Shown here: positions 1-12,480 of the stretch, piece after piece
Position numbering within the stretch: position 1 is the stretch's first letter
Layout: the number at the start of each line of letters is the position of its first letter
NCBI RefSeq assembly: GCF_032191835.1
Contig: NC_083237.1
Coordinates: 19,654,001 to 19,718,000 of the forward strand
Length of the DNA stretch: 64,000 nt
Origin: Heteronotia binoei
Lineage: Eukaryota
Direction of reading: 5' to 3'
Translations under genes and position numbers: made by a program
Notes under the pieces: model-generated
Seen by the model: only the letters and a program-made list of their open reading frames with translations
Database searches by the model: none
Told to the model about the DNA's origin: nothing

Positions 1-293
1 CCCGCGCCTGGGGATTGGCAACCCTATACTCTTAAGTACATGCAATCAACATGGCTCCCTTTAGGATGTGAGCAGGTATAACCTCATATCCAGAACTGGA
101 TATCCTGATACATTTCCTCTTTCAGAGCAGCTGCAATGTAGGGTGGCCTACCTCCAGGTGAGGCCTGAACTCCAGAACTGAACTCCAGGCTACAGAGATC
201 CGTTCCCCTGGACCACTGGCAGCTTTGGATGTGGACTGTATACTTAGCTAAGATCCTTTCCTCCCCTAAATTGGCCTGCTCTCCATTGGCTCC

Positions 294-845
294 GCAGCAG
301 TTTGGTGTAGTGGTTAAGTGTGCGGACTCTTATCTGGGAGAACCGGGTTTGATTCCCCACTCCTCCACTTGCACCTGCTGGAATGGCCTTGGGTCAGCCA
401 TAGCTCTCACAGGGCTGTCCTTGAAAGGGCAGCTTCTGGGAAAGCTCTCTCAGCCCCACTTACCTCACAGGATGTCTGTTGTGGGGGAAGAAGATAAAGG
501 AGATTGTGAGCCCCTCTGAGACTCTGAGATCGTTTTCGCACACAGCTTACCTTGCAGTCACAATCCTGTTCCCTCCACAGTGTCTGGTCAGATTTCCCAC
601 CATCTGCGCTGAAGTTACAGGAAGTGCCGCAGCTTTTGCGTAGCAAACGTAAACCGCTAAAACCCAGTTTACTTTTGCTACGCAAAAGCCCCGGCACTTC
701 CTGTAACTCCAGCGCAGATGGTGGGAAATCCGACAGACGCTGCAGAGGGAAGAGGATTGTGACTGCGAGGTAAGCTGTGTGTGAGAATGGTATGAGATTC
801 AGAGTGCAGAGCAGGGTATAAATCCAATATCCTCTTCTTCTTCAG
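294..845 (+). mobile_element. tRNA-derived SINE, Squam3-like (interrupted by the 528-792 MITE)
   Basis: Head tttggtgtagtggttaag...gggtttgattccccactcctcc with A/B-box-like motifs; tail gggtataaatccaatatcctcttcttc. The same family recurs many times in the window. Confidence 0.75.
528..792. mobile_element. Fold-back (palindromic) MITE, PIF/Harbinger-like, inserted in the tail of a Squam3-like SINE
   Basis: Arms of ~105 bp are near reverse complements (cacacagcttacc...gcttttgcgtagcaaa / tttgctacgcaaaagc...ggtaagctgtgtg). 3-bp TSD TGA at 525-527 and 793-795; removing the insert restores actctgagattcagagtg. Confidence 0.7.
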
Positions 846-1589
846 CCAAATCTTAGGGAGTTTCCAGCCTGGAGCTGGCAACCCTAAGTGTACGTGTCAG
901 CGTGATCATGGAAGCAGTGTTTGAGAAAGGGGTGTTTAGCCTCAATCATCCTCCTTCCCCAAAGCCAGTACCAGCTCCAATCTTCTTTCTTATTCTCAAC
1001 TATGGTTCCAGCTATTACTGTTAAGCAACCTGGACCATCACATCTTATATTTTCCTACGCCCTTTCTCCTGATGAATTTTACAGGTACCATGATGGACCG
1101 CCAAAATACAAACCAGCCGGTTCTAAATCAAAACAAGCCTGAATTCTCCTTGGAAGCTAAGCTGACTAAACTGAGGCTATTGGTCACTCCAGGAACAGAC
1201 AAGACTCACTGGAAAAGGCAACAATGCCAGGAAAGGCTGAAGCCTGCTGTAAGTTCCAGGAAGACAGGCTACATCAGGGGTGTGTGGCCTAATATGCAAA
1301 GGAGTTCCTGCTACAAAAAAGCCCTGATAGCAACAACAATATAATACAATAATGACACTGGAGATCTGTTCCCTGTGTCTCATCTGGTTTGTCTTTGAGT
1401 CAAATAACCCTGTGTTCTTGGGACTGTACAGGAAGAACGGGGGGGGGGGGGGGGAGGGGGGCTTGAAGCAACTGTAGAGGGTAACCAACTGTGGACCAGT
1501 CCCTATAGCTATCCCTTTATAGCGGCTCCCCCAAATTGAGTGTAGTAGCACATCGCGGGAGACATCTGTAAGTTAAGGAGACAGTGTGG

Positions 1590-2110
1590 TAGGCTTCCCA
1601 ATCCCCAGGTCCCAGCGGGGGATCCCCTGGTTTTACAGGCTTCCCCCCTCCCCCAGCCAGCTGGCCAGCGGGGGAAGCTCCACCCCCATAGCCATTATGC
1701 ACCTCCAGGAATGATTCCCATAGGGAATGATGGGGAATTGATCCGCGGGTGTCAGGGGCTCTGGGGGGGGGCTGTTTTTTGAGGTAGATGCGCCAAATTT
1801 TCAGTATAGCATCTAGTGCCTCTCCCCAAAATACCTCCCAAGTTTCAAAAATATTGGACCAGGGGGTCCAATTCTATGAGCCCCAAAAGAAGGTGCCCCT
1901 ATCCTTCATTATTTTCTATGGAAGGAAGGCATTCTAAAATGTGGGCTGTCCCTTTAAATGTGATGGCCAGAACTCCCTTGGAGTTCAATTATGCTTGTCA
2001 CACCCTTGCTCCTGGCTCCGCACCCAGTGTCTCCTGGCTCCACCCCCAAAGTCTCCTGGCTCCACCCCCAAAGTCCCCAGATATTTCTTGAATTGGACTT
2101 GGCAACCCTA
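1590..2110. mobile_element. Non-autonomous hAT element (TAGGGTTGCCA-type TIR)
   Basis: Ends taggcttccca / tggcaacccta; perfect 8-bp TSD CAGTGTGG at 1582-1589 and 2111-2118. Confidence 0.85.
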
Positions 2111-2683
2111 CAGTGTGGTGAATCCCAAGTTTCTCTCTCTCTCTCTCTTTCTGTCTCGGTTGTTCTGTGACAGGACCAGGCTGGACAGGGTTAAATGCAT
2201 TTTGAGGAGTGAGGGAAGGTGCAGCTGGTGTTGGAATGCAGGGACCCCCTCCCCCACAACACTAGCCACTCAATGGTTTTAACCACACACCCCCGGAGAA
2301 GATCTAGAAGTTCAGGGAGTTCCTTGTTCCCTTTGGAAACTTCAGCTCAGACCCTGAACTTAGACGGCACCCAGGAAAGTGACCTGCTGCTATTTGGGGT
2401 TCCTGCAGCTGAAAGGGACTAACTTTGCTATTCAGTTTAACCCGGACTTGCAAGCAACAGAGCAATTAACAGGCAGCATCTATTGCCTTAGGAGACTCTC
2501 GCCATCATTCTCCCATTCTGACATGTTATCGTTTGCTTGGTTTCCCACACAAGTGCTACCCAGATCAAATGTTTTGTTAATTTCACTATTTTGCCACTGG
2601 ATTCTAACTTTGTACCACTTTGCATTCTTAGCCACTGCCCACCAGCTGTATGTAGCTCTGCTCACTGTACCGCGTTCCAGTGT

Positions 2684-2780
2684 CTGATGAAGTGTGCTTA
2701 GAGCACACAAAAGCTGACATCCTGAATAAAACTTAAAGGTGTTACTGGACTCCTACTTTGTTCCTCTGCTATTCTCTGTT
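2684..2780 (+). mobile_element. Penelope-like pseudo-LTR remnant with a degenerate hammerhead ribozyme core
   Basis: CTGATGA, then stem GTGTGC/TTAGA/GCACAC, then AAAAG (canonical GAAAG), then aataaaacttaaaggtg...ggactcctactttg shared with copies at 44750 and 62521. Confidence 0.6.
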
Positions 2781-3828
2781 TAAGAATAAAACTATTTCCT
2801 TTCTAGCGCTGGTCTATTCATGGCTTTTGAAATCCCGAGAGGAAAAAAACAACGTTGGCACCTCAGCCATACAATGAGGAAGTGTTCCCCTTCAGCACCG
2901 TGCCATGAAATGTCTCCGCAACTTTCTGCTAATCTTCAGTTTCCCCGCCTTGCACTTCTGTTAAAAGGACCAGAGGCCACGTCTGGGTTTCATGTACGCT
3001 CTCGCTCTTTTGTTTCTGCCCCCAAACTCCCCGAAAGTCTGAAGTTTACATCATCTTGCCACGGAGGCAATACATCAGTGATGGTTTCTTTTGGGACACC
3101 AGGTCAGCTTGGGTGTGCCAAGAGAAAAGTGTTTTTTCATGGTTATTGAAAAAGATTCACAGACAAGACTGGAAGAAAGAAGCAAAATCTCTCCTGGATA
3201 ATCAGGGAAAGTGACAAAAATAGAAAGGATAATATAAAGGGGTCAAGAGAAACCCACCTTTTCCAGGGCCTGGAAGCAATCAGACTCTCAGCAGATCTGG
3301 TTGTCGCTGTTCAGTTTTCTTTCGCTTTTTGAGCCAATTAAAAAGTTTGCAAAATATTCCTCACTGGTTGCTGGGCAGAAATCTATGGATTGTCCTCAAA
3401 TGGGTTTTGTAGAAAGTCCATCCCCTTTTTCCAGATCCGAGCTGCTTTTCCATGGCACACAGATCTGAAACACCCACCTCCAAAATACGACCACTCTCTC
3501 TCTTACACATATGTGTTTCTGTGTGTGGAACTTGCAAGGGAAACTTTTGAAATAACAGTCTGGAGTCTCCATGACTTTCCTTGGAAAAACCTTTTCTGTG
3601 AGGCAGACTAAGCTGCTTGCACTTCTCACAGAATGGCCAAGCCAAGGGACTCAGTCCCGTGGGAACGTGACACTCAGTCAGTTAGTCAGTCAGTCAATCA
3701 AAAATTTATTGTATATAGCCATTGGCCGTTACAAAACCAAACCAAACCTGAACAACAAAGTTTCAAATTAACACCTTAAAAATTCCCCAGAAAGGCCAAC
3801 CTCTAGAAGTTACAGCATTTGAAATTAA

Positions 3829-4055
3829 AAAGGTAAGCACCAGTCATTTTTGACTTTTCACAACGTTTTCACGGCAGACTTTTTACGGGGTGGTTTTGCC
3901 ATTGCCTTCCCCAGTCATCTACACTCCCCCCCCCCAGCAAGCTGGGTACTCATTTTACCGACCTCAAAAGGATGGAAGGCTGAGTCAACCTGGAGCCGGC
4001 TACCTGAACCAGCTTCCGCTGGGATCGAGCTCAGGTCATGAGCAGAGGGCTCCGT
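3829..4055 (-). mobile_element. Sauria-type (Squam1-like) SINE with Bov-B-like tail
   Basis: Reverse complement of the element at 14307: gactcagccttccatcctt...ggggaaggcaatggcaaa(a)ccacccc. Confidence 0.7.
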
Positions 4056-4419
4056 CTTGCTCATATCTTCTTAGCTGTAAGGGCAAACAGAGAGACTCTA
4101 TAGGACACGTGAGCATCATTGTCAGATAACAGAAATATAATCTTTTCAGTTTCTGAATGTACTTTTAAGGAGGTTAGTACTCCAGACAGAAATTTTATTC
4201 TGGGGAACATGACAAAGATGTTATATAAGCAACAAAAACAAAGAGGGTTCTTATGACACTTTAAAGGCTAGCAAATTTTTTGTTCTAGCATAAACTGTCA
4301 GGATTTTACATCCAGGCGGGTAGCCATGTTGGTCTGAAACAGCAGAAAAATGTTGGAGTCCAGAGGCACCTTTAAGTGTTATTCAGTGCATGCACATGAA
4401 AGCTTATACCTTGAATAAA

Positions 4420-4740
4420 CATAAGAACATAAGAGAAGTCATGTTGGATCAGGCCAATGGCCCATCCAGTTCAACACTCTGTGTCACATAAGAACATAAG
4501 AGAACCCATGTTGGATCAGGCCAATGGCCCATCCAGTTCAACACTCTGTGTCACACAGTGGCCAAAAAAATCAAGTGCCATCAGGAGGTCCACCAGTGAG
4601 GCCAGGACACTAGAAGCCCTCCCACTCTTTTCCCCCCAAGCACCAAGAATACAGAGCTACACTGCCCCAGACAGAGAGTTCCAACAATAAGCTGTGGCTA
4701 ATAGCCACTGATGGACCTCTGCTCTATATGTTTATCCAAA
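4420..4740 (-). mobile_element. CR1 LINE 3' UTR fragment with duplicated terminal unit; contains the left edge of the duplicated segment
   Basis: Reverse complement of the 3' end of the CR1 at 50080-50737; cataagaacataag tail occurs twice (4420, 4487). Confidence 0.7.
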
Positions 4741-6052
4741 TAAAACTTTGTTGGACTTAAAGGTGCCACTGGAATCACACTTCGTTCTCATGGATTTTGT
4801 TTGTCTGATGTAATGGGATCTAGACTGTATGAAGGAAGGGATAATTCAGGCAGAGACTGGGGGAAATGGAAGGAATATTCAGTTAGCAGAGTGCTCAATG
4901 CACATAAAGCAGCAGTGACACTAAGAGTATATCTTTGCAAAAATAAAGTGAGCCCTTTATTGTTAGAAACTTCATTCTAGACAGGATAGAGTCAGGATTC
5001 TAATCTAGTCTTAACTAGCTATGATGGATAGAAATGCAGGAAGTGCGTCTTGCCCTCCTGGGGCCAAGATGGAGAAGAGTGTGGAGAGAAGGTGTCAGCT
5101 GGAAGAAAGGAAGATTCTCCAGAGAGTAAAAGGTGAGACGTTGAAGGAATAGCAGCACAGCAGCAGAACGGAAGGATGTTTGGCGTCCTGACCTCTCCAT
5201 CTTGCTGATTCACTATAGCCCCCTCCCCCGAAGTCCATGGCTCAGAGACAGTGCAAAGTTCTTCACTTCCAACAAAAACACAGTTGTGTGATTTGATGAT
5301 GTCATTTCCTGGTATCCATGTTATTCAATGACCTCCCCCTCCAAGTTTTCCCCTCATCACTCCATTGAGGGTGGGTGGGTGCCAAGCAGTGGGGACGGGA
5401 GGTGACAACCTGGTAAGACTAGCTCCAGGTAATGCAAACTTATGCTGGAATGTAGGTCTGTAGGCAGACACAAAATCCCCATTTAATTTCTTCTGCAAGA
5501 GAGGTGAACGCTGCAATGCTAAGGACTTTTCCTTGGAAATCAGGGTTGCCAACCTCCAGCTGGGTTCTGGAGAGCTCTCCAAATTATACCTGATCTCCAG
5601 ATGTCAGTTCCCCTGGAGAAAGTGGCTGCCAGGTCTACTTCAAATGCCCTCCAACGGAGCCCTGAGATTGCCTTTGCTGGGCATTTTTCAAATGTAAGAG
5701 CTTCTGAGGCAAGGGTGGCCAGTTCTGAGTTGGGAAATTCCAGGAGATTTAGGGGTGGAGCCCGGGGAGGGTGCAATTTGGAGAGGAGAGGGACCTCAGC
5801 AAGATATAATGCCACAGAGTCTGCCCTGCTAAGCAGTCATTTCCTCCAGAGGAATCGATCTGTGACGTCTGGAGATCTGTAGTTTGATCTTTGTGATTTT
5901 GGTAACAAAAATGAGGATCACACATACTGAACGGGGGGTTCACTTCTGGGTAGCGGTGTGTGTGAACGAGATCCAAGGTAAGGGTGGACCATAAGTTAAA
6001 TATGTCAGTGTGATGCAGCAATAAAAAAGGCTAACACTATCTTGGGTGTATC

Positions 6053-6256
6053 CAGGGCTTTTTTTGAGCAGGAACGCACAGGAACGCAGTCCCGGCTGGC
6101 TTGACGTCAGGGGGCATGGCCTGATATGCAAATGAGTTTGTGCCAGGCCTTTTCTACAAAAAGCCCTGTGTGAAACCATGGTGATGTCAGGGGGTGTGGC
6201 TTAATATACAAATGAGTTCCTGCTGGACTTTTTCCTACCCCCCCAAAAAAGGCTTG
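6053..6256. mobile_element. hAT MITE (CAGGGCTTTTTT TIR; octamer-bearing family) inside CR1
   Basis: TSD GGTGTATC / GGTGTATG; the paralogous site in unit D is empty (tgggtgtatcaacagag near 46471). Confidence 0.8.
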
Positions 6257-6631
6257 GGTGTATGAACAGAGCCATAACATCCAAATTGCAAGAGGTCCTT
6301 GTCCCACTATACCTTCATGGGTCAGGATGCAGCTGGAGTTCTGGAGGCCTCACTTCAAGAAGGATGTGGACAGAATGGAGGAAGTGCAGAGGAGAGTGAC
6401 CAGGATGATCAGGGGCCTGGAGACCAAGCCCTAGGAGAAAAGGCTGAGGGGAATGTTCTGTCTGGAGAAGAGGAGGTTGAGGGGGGACATGATGGTTCTC
6501 TTGAGGTATCTGAAGGGCTTGCTCTTGGAGGAGGGCAGGGAGTTATTCCTGTTGGCAGCAGAGAAGAAGACTTACAACAATGGGTTCCAACTAAGGGCAG
6601 GTAGGTACCGGCTGGACATTAGGAAAACCTA

Positions 6632-6915
6632 GGAGAGCCAGTTCGGTGTAGTGGTTAAGTGTGTGGACTCTTATCTGGGAGAACCAGGTTTGATTCCTCA
6701 CTCCTCCGCTGGCAGCTGCTAGCATGGCCTTGGCTCAGCCATAGCTCTGGCAGCGGTTGTTCTTGAAAGGGCAGCTGCTGTGAGAGCCCCCTCCAGACCC
6801 ACCCACCTCACAGGGTGTCTGTTGTGGGGGAGGAAGGTAAAGGAGATTGTGAACCTCTCTGAGACTCTTTGGAGTGGAGGGCGGGATATAAATCCAATAT
6901 CATCATCATCTTCTT
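6632..6915 (+). mobile_element. Squam3-like SINE shared by units A and B (18835-19120), absent in C and D
   Basis: Full head and tail present; unit C reads ggaaaaccctttttacagagttg with no insert. Confidence 0.8.
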
Positions 6916-7675
6916 TTTTACAGTCAGAGTTGTTCTCTGGAATGGACAGTGGAATGGACTAACGAGGGAGGTAGTGAGCCCCCCCCTCCTCACTGGCAGT
7001 CTTTAAACTGCGGCTGGACAAACCCTTGTCAGGGATGCTCTAGGCTGATCCTAAACTGAGCAGGGGGCTACACTAGAGGGCCTGTGTGCCCCTTCTAACT
7101 CTGTGATTCTATGAAATCACTTCTAATTCCGAGAAGTCTCCAGGGCCACCTGGGCATTGGCCACCCTCCTGAGGTTGTCTATGCTTTGTAGTTGTTGTCA
7201 TCAAATCGCAGCTCACTCACAGTGACCCCCAGTAGGATTTTCCAGGCAAGAGAGGTTCAGAGGTGGGTTGCTGTGGCCTGTCTTCGTGTCATGACCCTGG
7301 TCTTCCCTGGTCTGTGCTGGAACAAATTCAAGATATTCTTCATAACATGCCGTCCTCTCTAAACTTTAGAGAGAAGTGGGCAAAAGATCTAACCAGAGAG
7401 GAACCAAACCTTTTGTAACACCTAATTTGGGGAACTCTTTGTGTGTTCCAACACAGGTCAGTTGGTGGTTTACATAACCAACAGGAGAAGGTTGTAAAAG
7501 GAGGCTTCCGATATTTTTTCAGGAGGCAGGTCAGGAAACGGGAAGGATTAGCCCAGAGTGGGGGTTGTGACAAGACCTCTTGTGGGAAGATTCCACTGGA
7601 AGCCAGGGCCTGTTGGGGACATCATGGCCAGATGACTGCCAAATCATAGCCTTCCACATTCAACAGCCTCAGATT

Positions 7676-8090
7676 CAGGGCCAGTGCATGGGAGTAGGCA
7701 GTTGCCTAGGGCGCCACCTGGCCTGGGGGCACCACTGGATGCCCCCTCTCTGACGCATGACTCTGGCTCCTGACCGCTGTCCCCTTGTCCTCTCCCATCA
7801 CCAAGCTGCCCTCAACAAAGCCAAGCCACCCCCCTCTCCCTGATGTGTGACTTGGCCTCCCACCTCATCCTATCCTGCCACCCTCCTTCCTGGAGTGGCC
7901 GGTAAGCACTTATTCTCACAATTTTTTTTTATAACATTAGAATGTTTTTGAAAAATTAAAAATCAGTAAATTAAAAATTTGAAAAGTTTCAAGCTTGGTG
8001 CTCTTCAATTTCCCTATATTTTTTAATAATGGGGAGGGGGCGTTAGTGGGTGACTCGCCTACACTGCCCAAAAGCCAAGCACCGGCCCTG
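7676..8090. mobile_element. hAT MITE (CAGGGCCGGTGC TIR); paralogs at 19880-20293 and, truncated, from 31607
   Basis: TIRs cagggccagtgc / gcaccggccctg; perfect TSD CTCAGATT at 7668-7675 and 8091-8098; single CTCAGATT (empty site) at 48258-48265 in D. Confidence 0.9.
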
Positions 8091-9628
8091 CTCAGATTAG
8101 CTTAGACTCACTGCTCCTTTGACCTTTTTGCCAAACCAAAGAAAAGAAAACCAAAGAAAATCAAATAATCTGCATTCCTCCCAAAGGAAGATGACCCTGA
8201 ATGTAAAACGATCCTCCTCAACAAAGTTATTCACAAAACTGTAACTTGTACATGAATTTCAGTGGGTGCTGGGGTTGCCAAACTCCAGATGGGGTCTGGA
8301 GATCTCCTGGAATGATAGCCGAACTCCAGACTGCAGTGATAAGGTCCCCTGGAGAAAATGATTCTGCTGCTTTTAGGTGGGCTCTGTAGCACACTGAAGG
8401 TTTTCTAGCGGCTGTCAGAGCTGCCAACTCTGGGTGATTCCTGGAGATTTAGGGGGGGACCCTGGGGGGGGGAGAGGGGGGGTTTAGGGAGAGAAGGAAC
8501 CGCAGTAGGGTAGAATTCCATGAAGTCCACCCACTGAAGCAGCCATTTTCTTCATGGGAAGTGTCCTTTGGAGAACAGTTGTGATTTTGGAAGATCTCCA
8601 CGCCTTACCTAGTTGATAGCAACCCTAGGCTAAGGCAATGTACTAGGACCTAACCAGGGGTTGAATTCAGCAGGAGCTCACAGGAGCACCGCTCCTGAAC
8701 CTCCAGCCAGGGTCTGCATGCATTGGGGAGTTCTCTCCCTGCTTCACACAGATCCCGGGGTATATGCAAATGAGATATGCTACTGAGCTCCTGAACCTTT
8801 TTTTCTACAAAATGACTCCTGGACCTAACAAATCATTACGTATAAAATGAGAAAGAGAGGAGTAAATGAATATATGGAACTCTTTCATGCGATGGTGTAG
8901 TAGTGTAATGTAGTGGCTAAAAGCAGCAGACTCTAATATGGAGATCCGGCTTTGATTTCCCTCTCTTCTACATGAGGTCTGCTGGGTGACTTTGGGTCAG
9001 TCACAGTTCTCTCAGAACTCTCCCAGGCCGCCCTACAGCTCTCATTTTGGGCAGGAGCTCACAGGAACAGAGCTCTGGAACCCCTAAATTTTATTGTGTT
9101 CTTTCTTCTTAAGCCACCCCTCTCCCCTCCAAAAAATACATGCTTCTTGGCTCTATTGTTCAAATCCACTGTGAGAATTTTGCTGAACTCTAAGATATGA
9201 CAAACTTTTCTAATATTTCCCCCCACCAAAAATGGGAAAAAATAACCAAAACATATAAAGCAGATGGATGGAAATCTTCCTCATGCCACTGTGGCCACAG
9301 AGGGGAAAGCAAATTAAAAAGTAAGATGGGAGTAAGGTTTATTATGACCATTATAATTTGAGAAGCATTTTAAGGTAGACGCTGAGCTAATAGGATTTAG
9401 TACACCTTCGGGCGACGACTGGGGTGTGTGGCAAATGCAAATGAGTTGTGCTAATGAGCTCTGGCATCTCTTTTTCTATTAAATGACCCCTTCACAGGGT
9501 GTCTGTTGTGGTGAGAGGAAGGAAAGACTATTGTAAGCTGCTATGAGACTCATTCGGGTAGAGAAAAACAGGGTTTAAAAACCTTCTCTTTTTCTGTTCA
9601 ACTGAGAGCAAATTTTTTGCCACATCTT

Positions 9629-10525
9629 GACTGATAACAGACAGGCACTTTGGGCCGACTCAGAGACGTCTTTGAAATTGGCCCCAACCCCCCCTCCAGA
9701 CAGCAGCATCTGCCCCCCTTCCCTGACCTGTGCTCACCCTGTCCTCTGGGCCAATCCACCCAGCTCAAAAAGCTTCCACTGCCAAAGTGGTAGCAAACGT
9801 TTGGGCTGGCCACCATTTGCCTCCTGGATGTTTGGAAGGGGAAGGACACACATGAGGTGACTTGGCAGTGTGAAAGCGCCAAGCCGCCCCTAGCTGTTTC
9901 TGGCTTTTTTTCCTTTTCCTTTTTCAGTTTTATTTATACAAAATGCCTTGAGTGAAAATCAAACAGTAAGAGGAAAAACTGATGATCAGATTCCAAGCAA
10001 GTCAGTTCCTTTCCCCATCCAAAGGCAACCAGTAACTTGGCATTGTTTGCTCGTATTTTTTCCAGCCCTTTCTTGTAATGTTTCTTTGCAAAGCGCATGT
10101 TCCTCAGGAACTTGGGACCAACCCCCTTCAGAGATTCGTATCCATGTGATCTGGGCTTCTTAATGTCATTTCTGTGCCGTTTGCGAGACTGGTTGTGAGT
10201 GGTGTGGTTCTTGGCCATAGCTGAAACCTCCGTCTCCACTGCCGCTGGGACGGCAACCGGAAGAGCTGGGGTTTTTTTTCCCTTTAAAGGCCAGCCAGAG
10301 TGCTTGTGCTCATGAGCGCATGAGTGCTCAACCCATTACAAACAAAAACAAAAACAGAGCAGCGACTTCTGAGGTGCCTCCCCGTCTGGAGGTGCCTGGC
10401 CGCCTCACAGACGGGATGGGGCCACCTCGCTGGGGACCGTGTGGAGGCTCTGAGGTGACTCTTTTTGAGCAGTCCTGCTTTTGGCCACCTCCCAGCTGCC
10501 CCAGAATGTCCGTCTGTTCACAGCC
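9629..10525. mobile_element. TIR-bounded DNA element (Harbinger-like, 3-bp TSD) containing the RPL29 retrocopy; paralogs at 21839-22602 and 31828-36938
   Basis: Imperfect 26-bp TIRs match at 19/26 positions (gactgataacagacaggcactttggg vs reverse complement ggctgtgaacagacggacattctggg). TSD CTT on both sides; empty site cacacCTTgattaata at 49810 in D. Confidence 0.7.
9905..10265 (-). pseudogene. RPL29: Processed pseudogene of 60S ribosomal protein L29 (unit A copy)
   Basis: [61 protein letters not shown] at 10218-10036. Intronless; 5' TOP-like start CTCTTCCGGTT; AATAAA at 9934-9929 followed by a decayed poly(A). Substitutions at conserved residues (W16R, G20D, D36G). Confidence 0.92.
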
Positions 10526-10644
10526 CTTGATTAATAATTGGGAAGGCCACCCAATTGCTTCAGGGCCCCAATCAGCAGAGGAATGTGTGTAACGTAAGCA
10601 TATGCATCTTCCTCAGTTTGATCACTCATCTACTTAGCCTGCTA

Positions 10645-10757
10645 CATATGGGAACATATGAAGATGCCTTATGCTGAAGCAGACCCTCGGTCCAGCAGTC
10701 AGTATGGTCTGCTCAGACTGGCAGCAGCTCTCCAGGGTCTCAAGCTGAGGTTTCAAT
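10645..10757 (-). mobile_element. Squam2-like SINE 3' fragment (paralogs near 22725 and 37060)
   Basis: Reverse complement of the 3' half of the element at 60834. Confidence 0.65.
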
Positions 10758-11187
10758 GCCTATTTCAGTCCAGTTTAAATATATTACATTTAACCATCTG
10801 GTGATATCCCAGAAAACAGTGCGATAGTTGTCCTGACAGTAGCCATTTCAGACAGCTCTTCAGTTTAAAACTTCTTTGCTTTTGCTCTGGTCAGTGAACA
10901 GAAGCAGATCGTGAAGAAGTGTGACCAAAGCAAGCAGCTCTCTGAAGATTAAGCTATGGGGCCTCTGCCACAGTGAAGGTTGGTGCAAATTCAGTTTAGG
11001 CCCTGATATCTGGATAGGGATGCCAACCTCCAGGTGAGGCTTAGAGATCTCCTGGAAGTGTACCGTATCACCAGCCTTCAAAGTGCTCCAGAGATGCACA
11101 CTGGAAAGACAAGGCTCTGCCTTCAATACATGCTTGGAGAACATGACTGTGGGATTATTTCCTACTATTTAAAATCTCAATTTATAG

Positions 11188-11694
11188 TAGGGTTGCCAAG
11201 TCCAATTTAAGAAATATTTGGGGACTTTGGGGGTGGAGCCAGGAGACATTAGGGGTGGAGCCAAGATCAAGGCTGTGACAAACATAATTGAACTCCAAAG
11301 GGAGTTTTGGCCCTCACATTTAAAGGGACGGCACACCTATTCAATGCCTTCCTTCCATAGGAAATAATGAAGGATAGGGGCACCTTCTTTTGGGGCTCAT
11401 AAAATTGGACCCCCTGGTCCAATCTTTTTGAAGCTTGGGAGGTATTTTGGGAAGAGGCACTAGATGCTATACTGAAAATATGGTGCCTCTACCTCAAAAA
11501 ACAGCCCCCCAGAGCCCCAGATACTCGCAGATCAATTCTCCATTATTTTCTATGGGAATAAATATCCCTAGGAAATAATAGAGTTCCCAGCAGACATTTC
11601 CCTCCCCTCCCCCCGCTTTCTGATGACCCTGAAGAGCGGGGAGGGTCTCCAAACCGGGGGAACCCCTGCCCCCACTTGGGGATTGGCATCCCTA
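11188..11694. mobile_element. hAT MITE (TAGGGTTGCCA TIR) shared by A and B (23268-23774), absent in C
   Basis: TSD ATTTATAG / ACTTATAG; unit C reads aatttatagtgctgatg near 37600. Confidence 0.85.
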
Positions 11695-12480
11695 ACTTAT
11701 AGTGCTGATGCTCTGACAGAACGTACTCAAGAAAAATTTACTGTGTTCTGGTTCCAAATAGTGGAATATCTCACCAAACGTAAAATTCTCCCCCCAAAAA
11801 CCTGTTTTTATCATGATATGCTCTATTTCTAATATGTTCTGGGCTCACTTTCTCTCCTCTGGTCTGAATAAAAAAAAATAGTGAGCTCTAAATTGAGTTT
11901 GATTAACTGGATTTCTTAATAGAATATTGGGACAGTTCTTTGTACATTCCTACAGTAGAATCAGTCAATAGAATGTATTTTCACTGGATGCTCTTCAGTA
12001 TAACTGTATGACTGCTCCTTGGTTCTCTATTTTATGGGTTACTCTTTCTTTTTCTTGTTTTTTGTAAAAATGTGTTTATTATATCCTCACCAAGGCTGCA
12101 TTATCTGAGGTGACAGATTACAGTGTTCTTTATTGCAAACTGAAAATGTGTTAATCAAAATTTGATTAATTAAAAAAAAAAGTGATCCAGAGAAAATGGC
12201 ACCTTTGGACGGTGGACTCTATGGCTAGATTCCAGGTGGAATCCCTCCCCACATTCCCCTCTTCCCAGATTCCCCCCTCATATCTTTAGGAATTTCCCAA
12301 TTCAGAGCAGGCAACCCTCTCTTTAGGAGCAAGGGCTGAACATTTTTTTCCCTTTGGTGAGATTTCAAACCACCTAGGGCCACATCTCAGCTGCGCAGAA
12401 AGTTGCTACATGCCGGGTTACTTAATAGGGAACTTAGAGGGTTGGAACTTCTTCCGACAACCACAGGTTCCTTGTCACTG

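Larger units (their letters stand above)
5890..7114 (+). mobile_element. 5'-truncated CR1 LINE (ORF2 C-terminus plus 3' UTR), interrupted by a hAT MITE and a SINE; paralogous copies near 18515-19318, 30120-31056 and 46315-47348
   Basis: Degenerate translation includes [31 protein letters not shown]...RYRLDIRK; ends ctctgtgattctatga. Confidence 0.85.

Noticed and set aside
1439-1462. Poly-G run as a G-quadruplex element
   Set aside because: Simple homopolymer, prone to sequencing error, with no supporting context.
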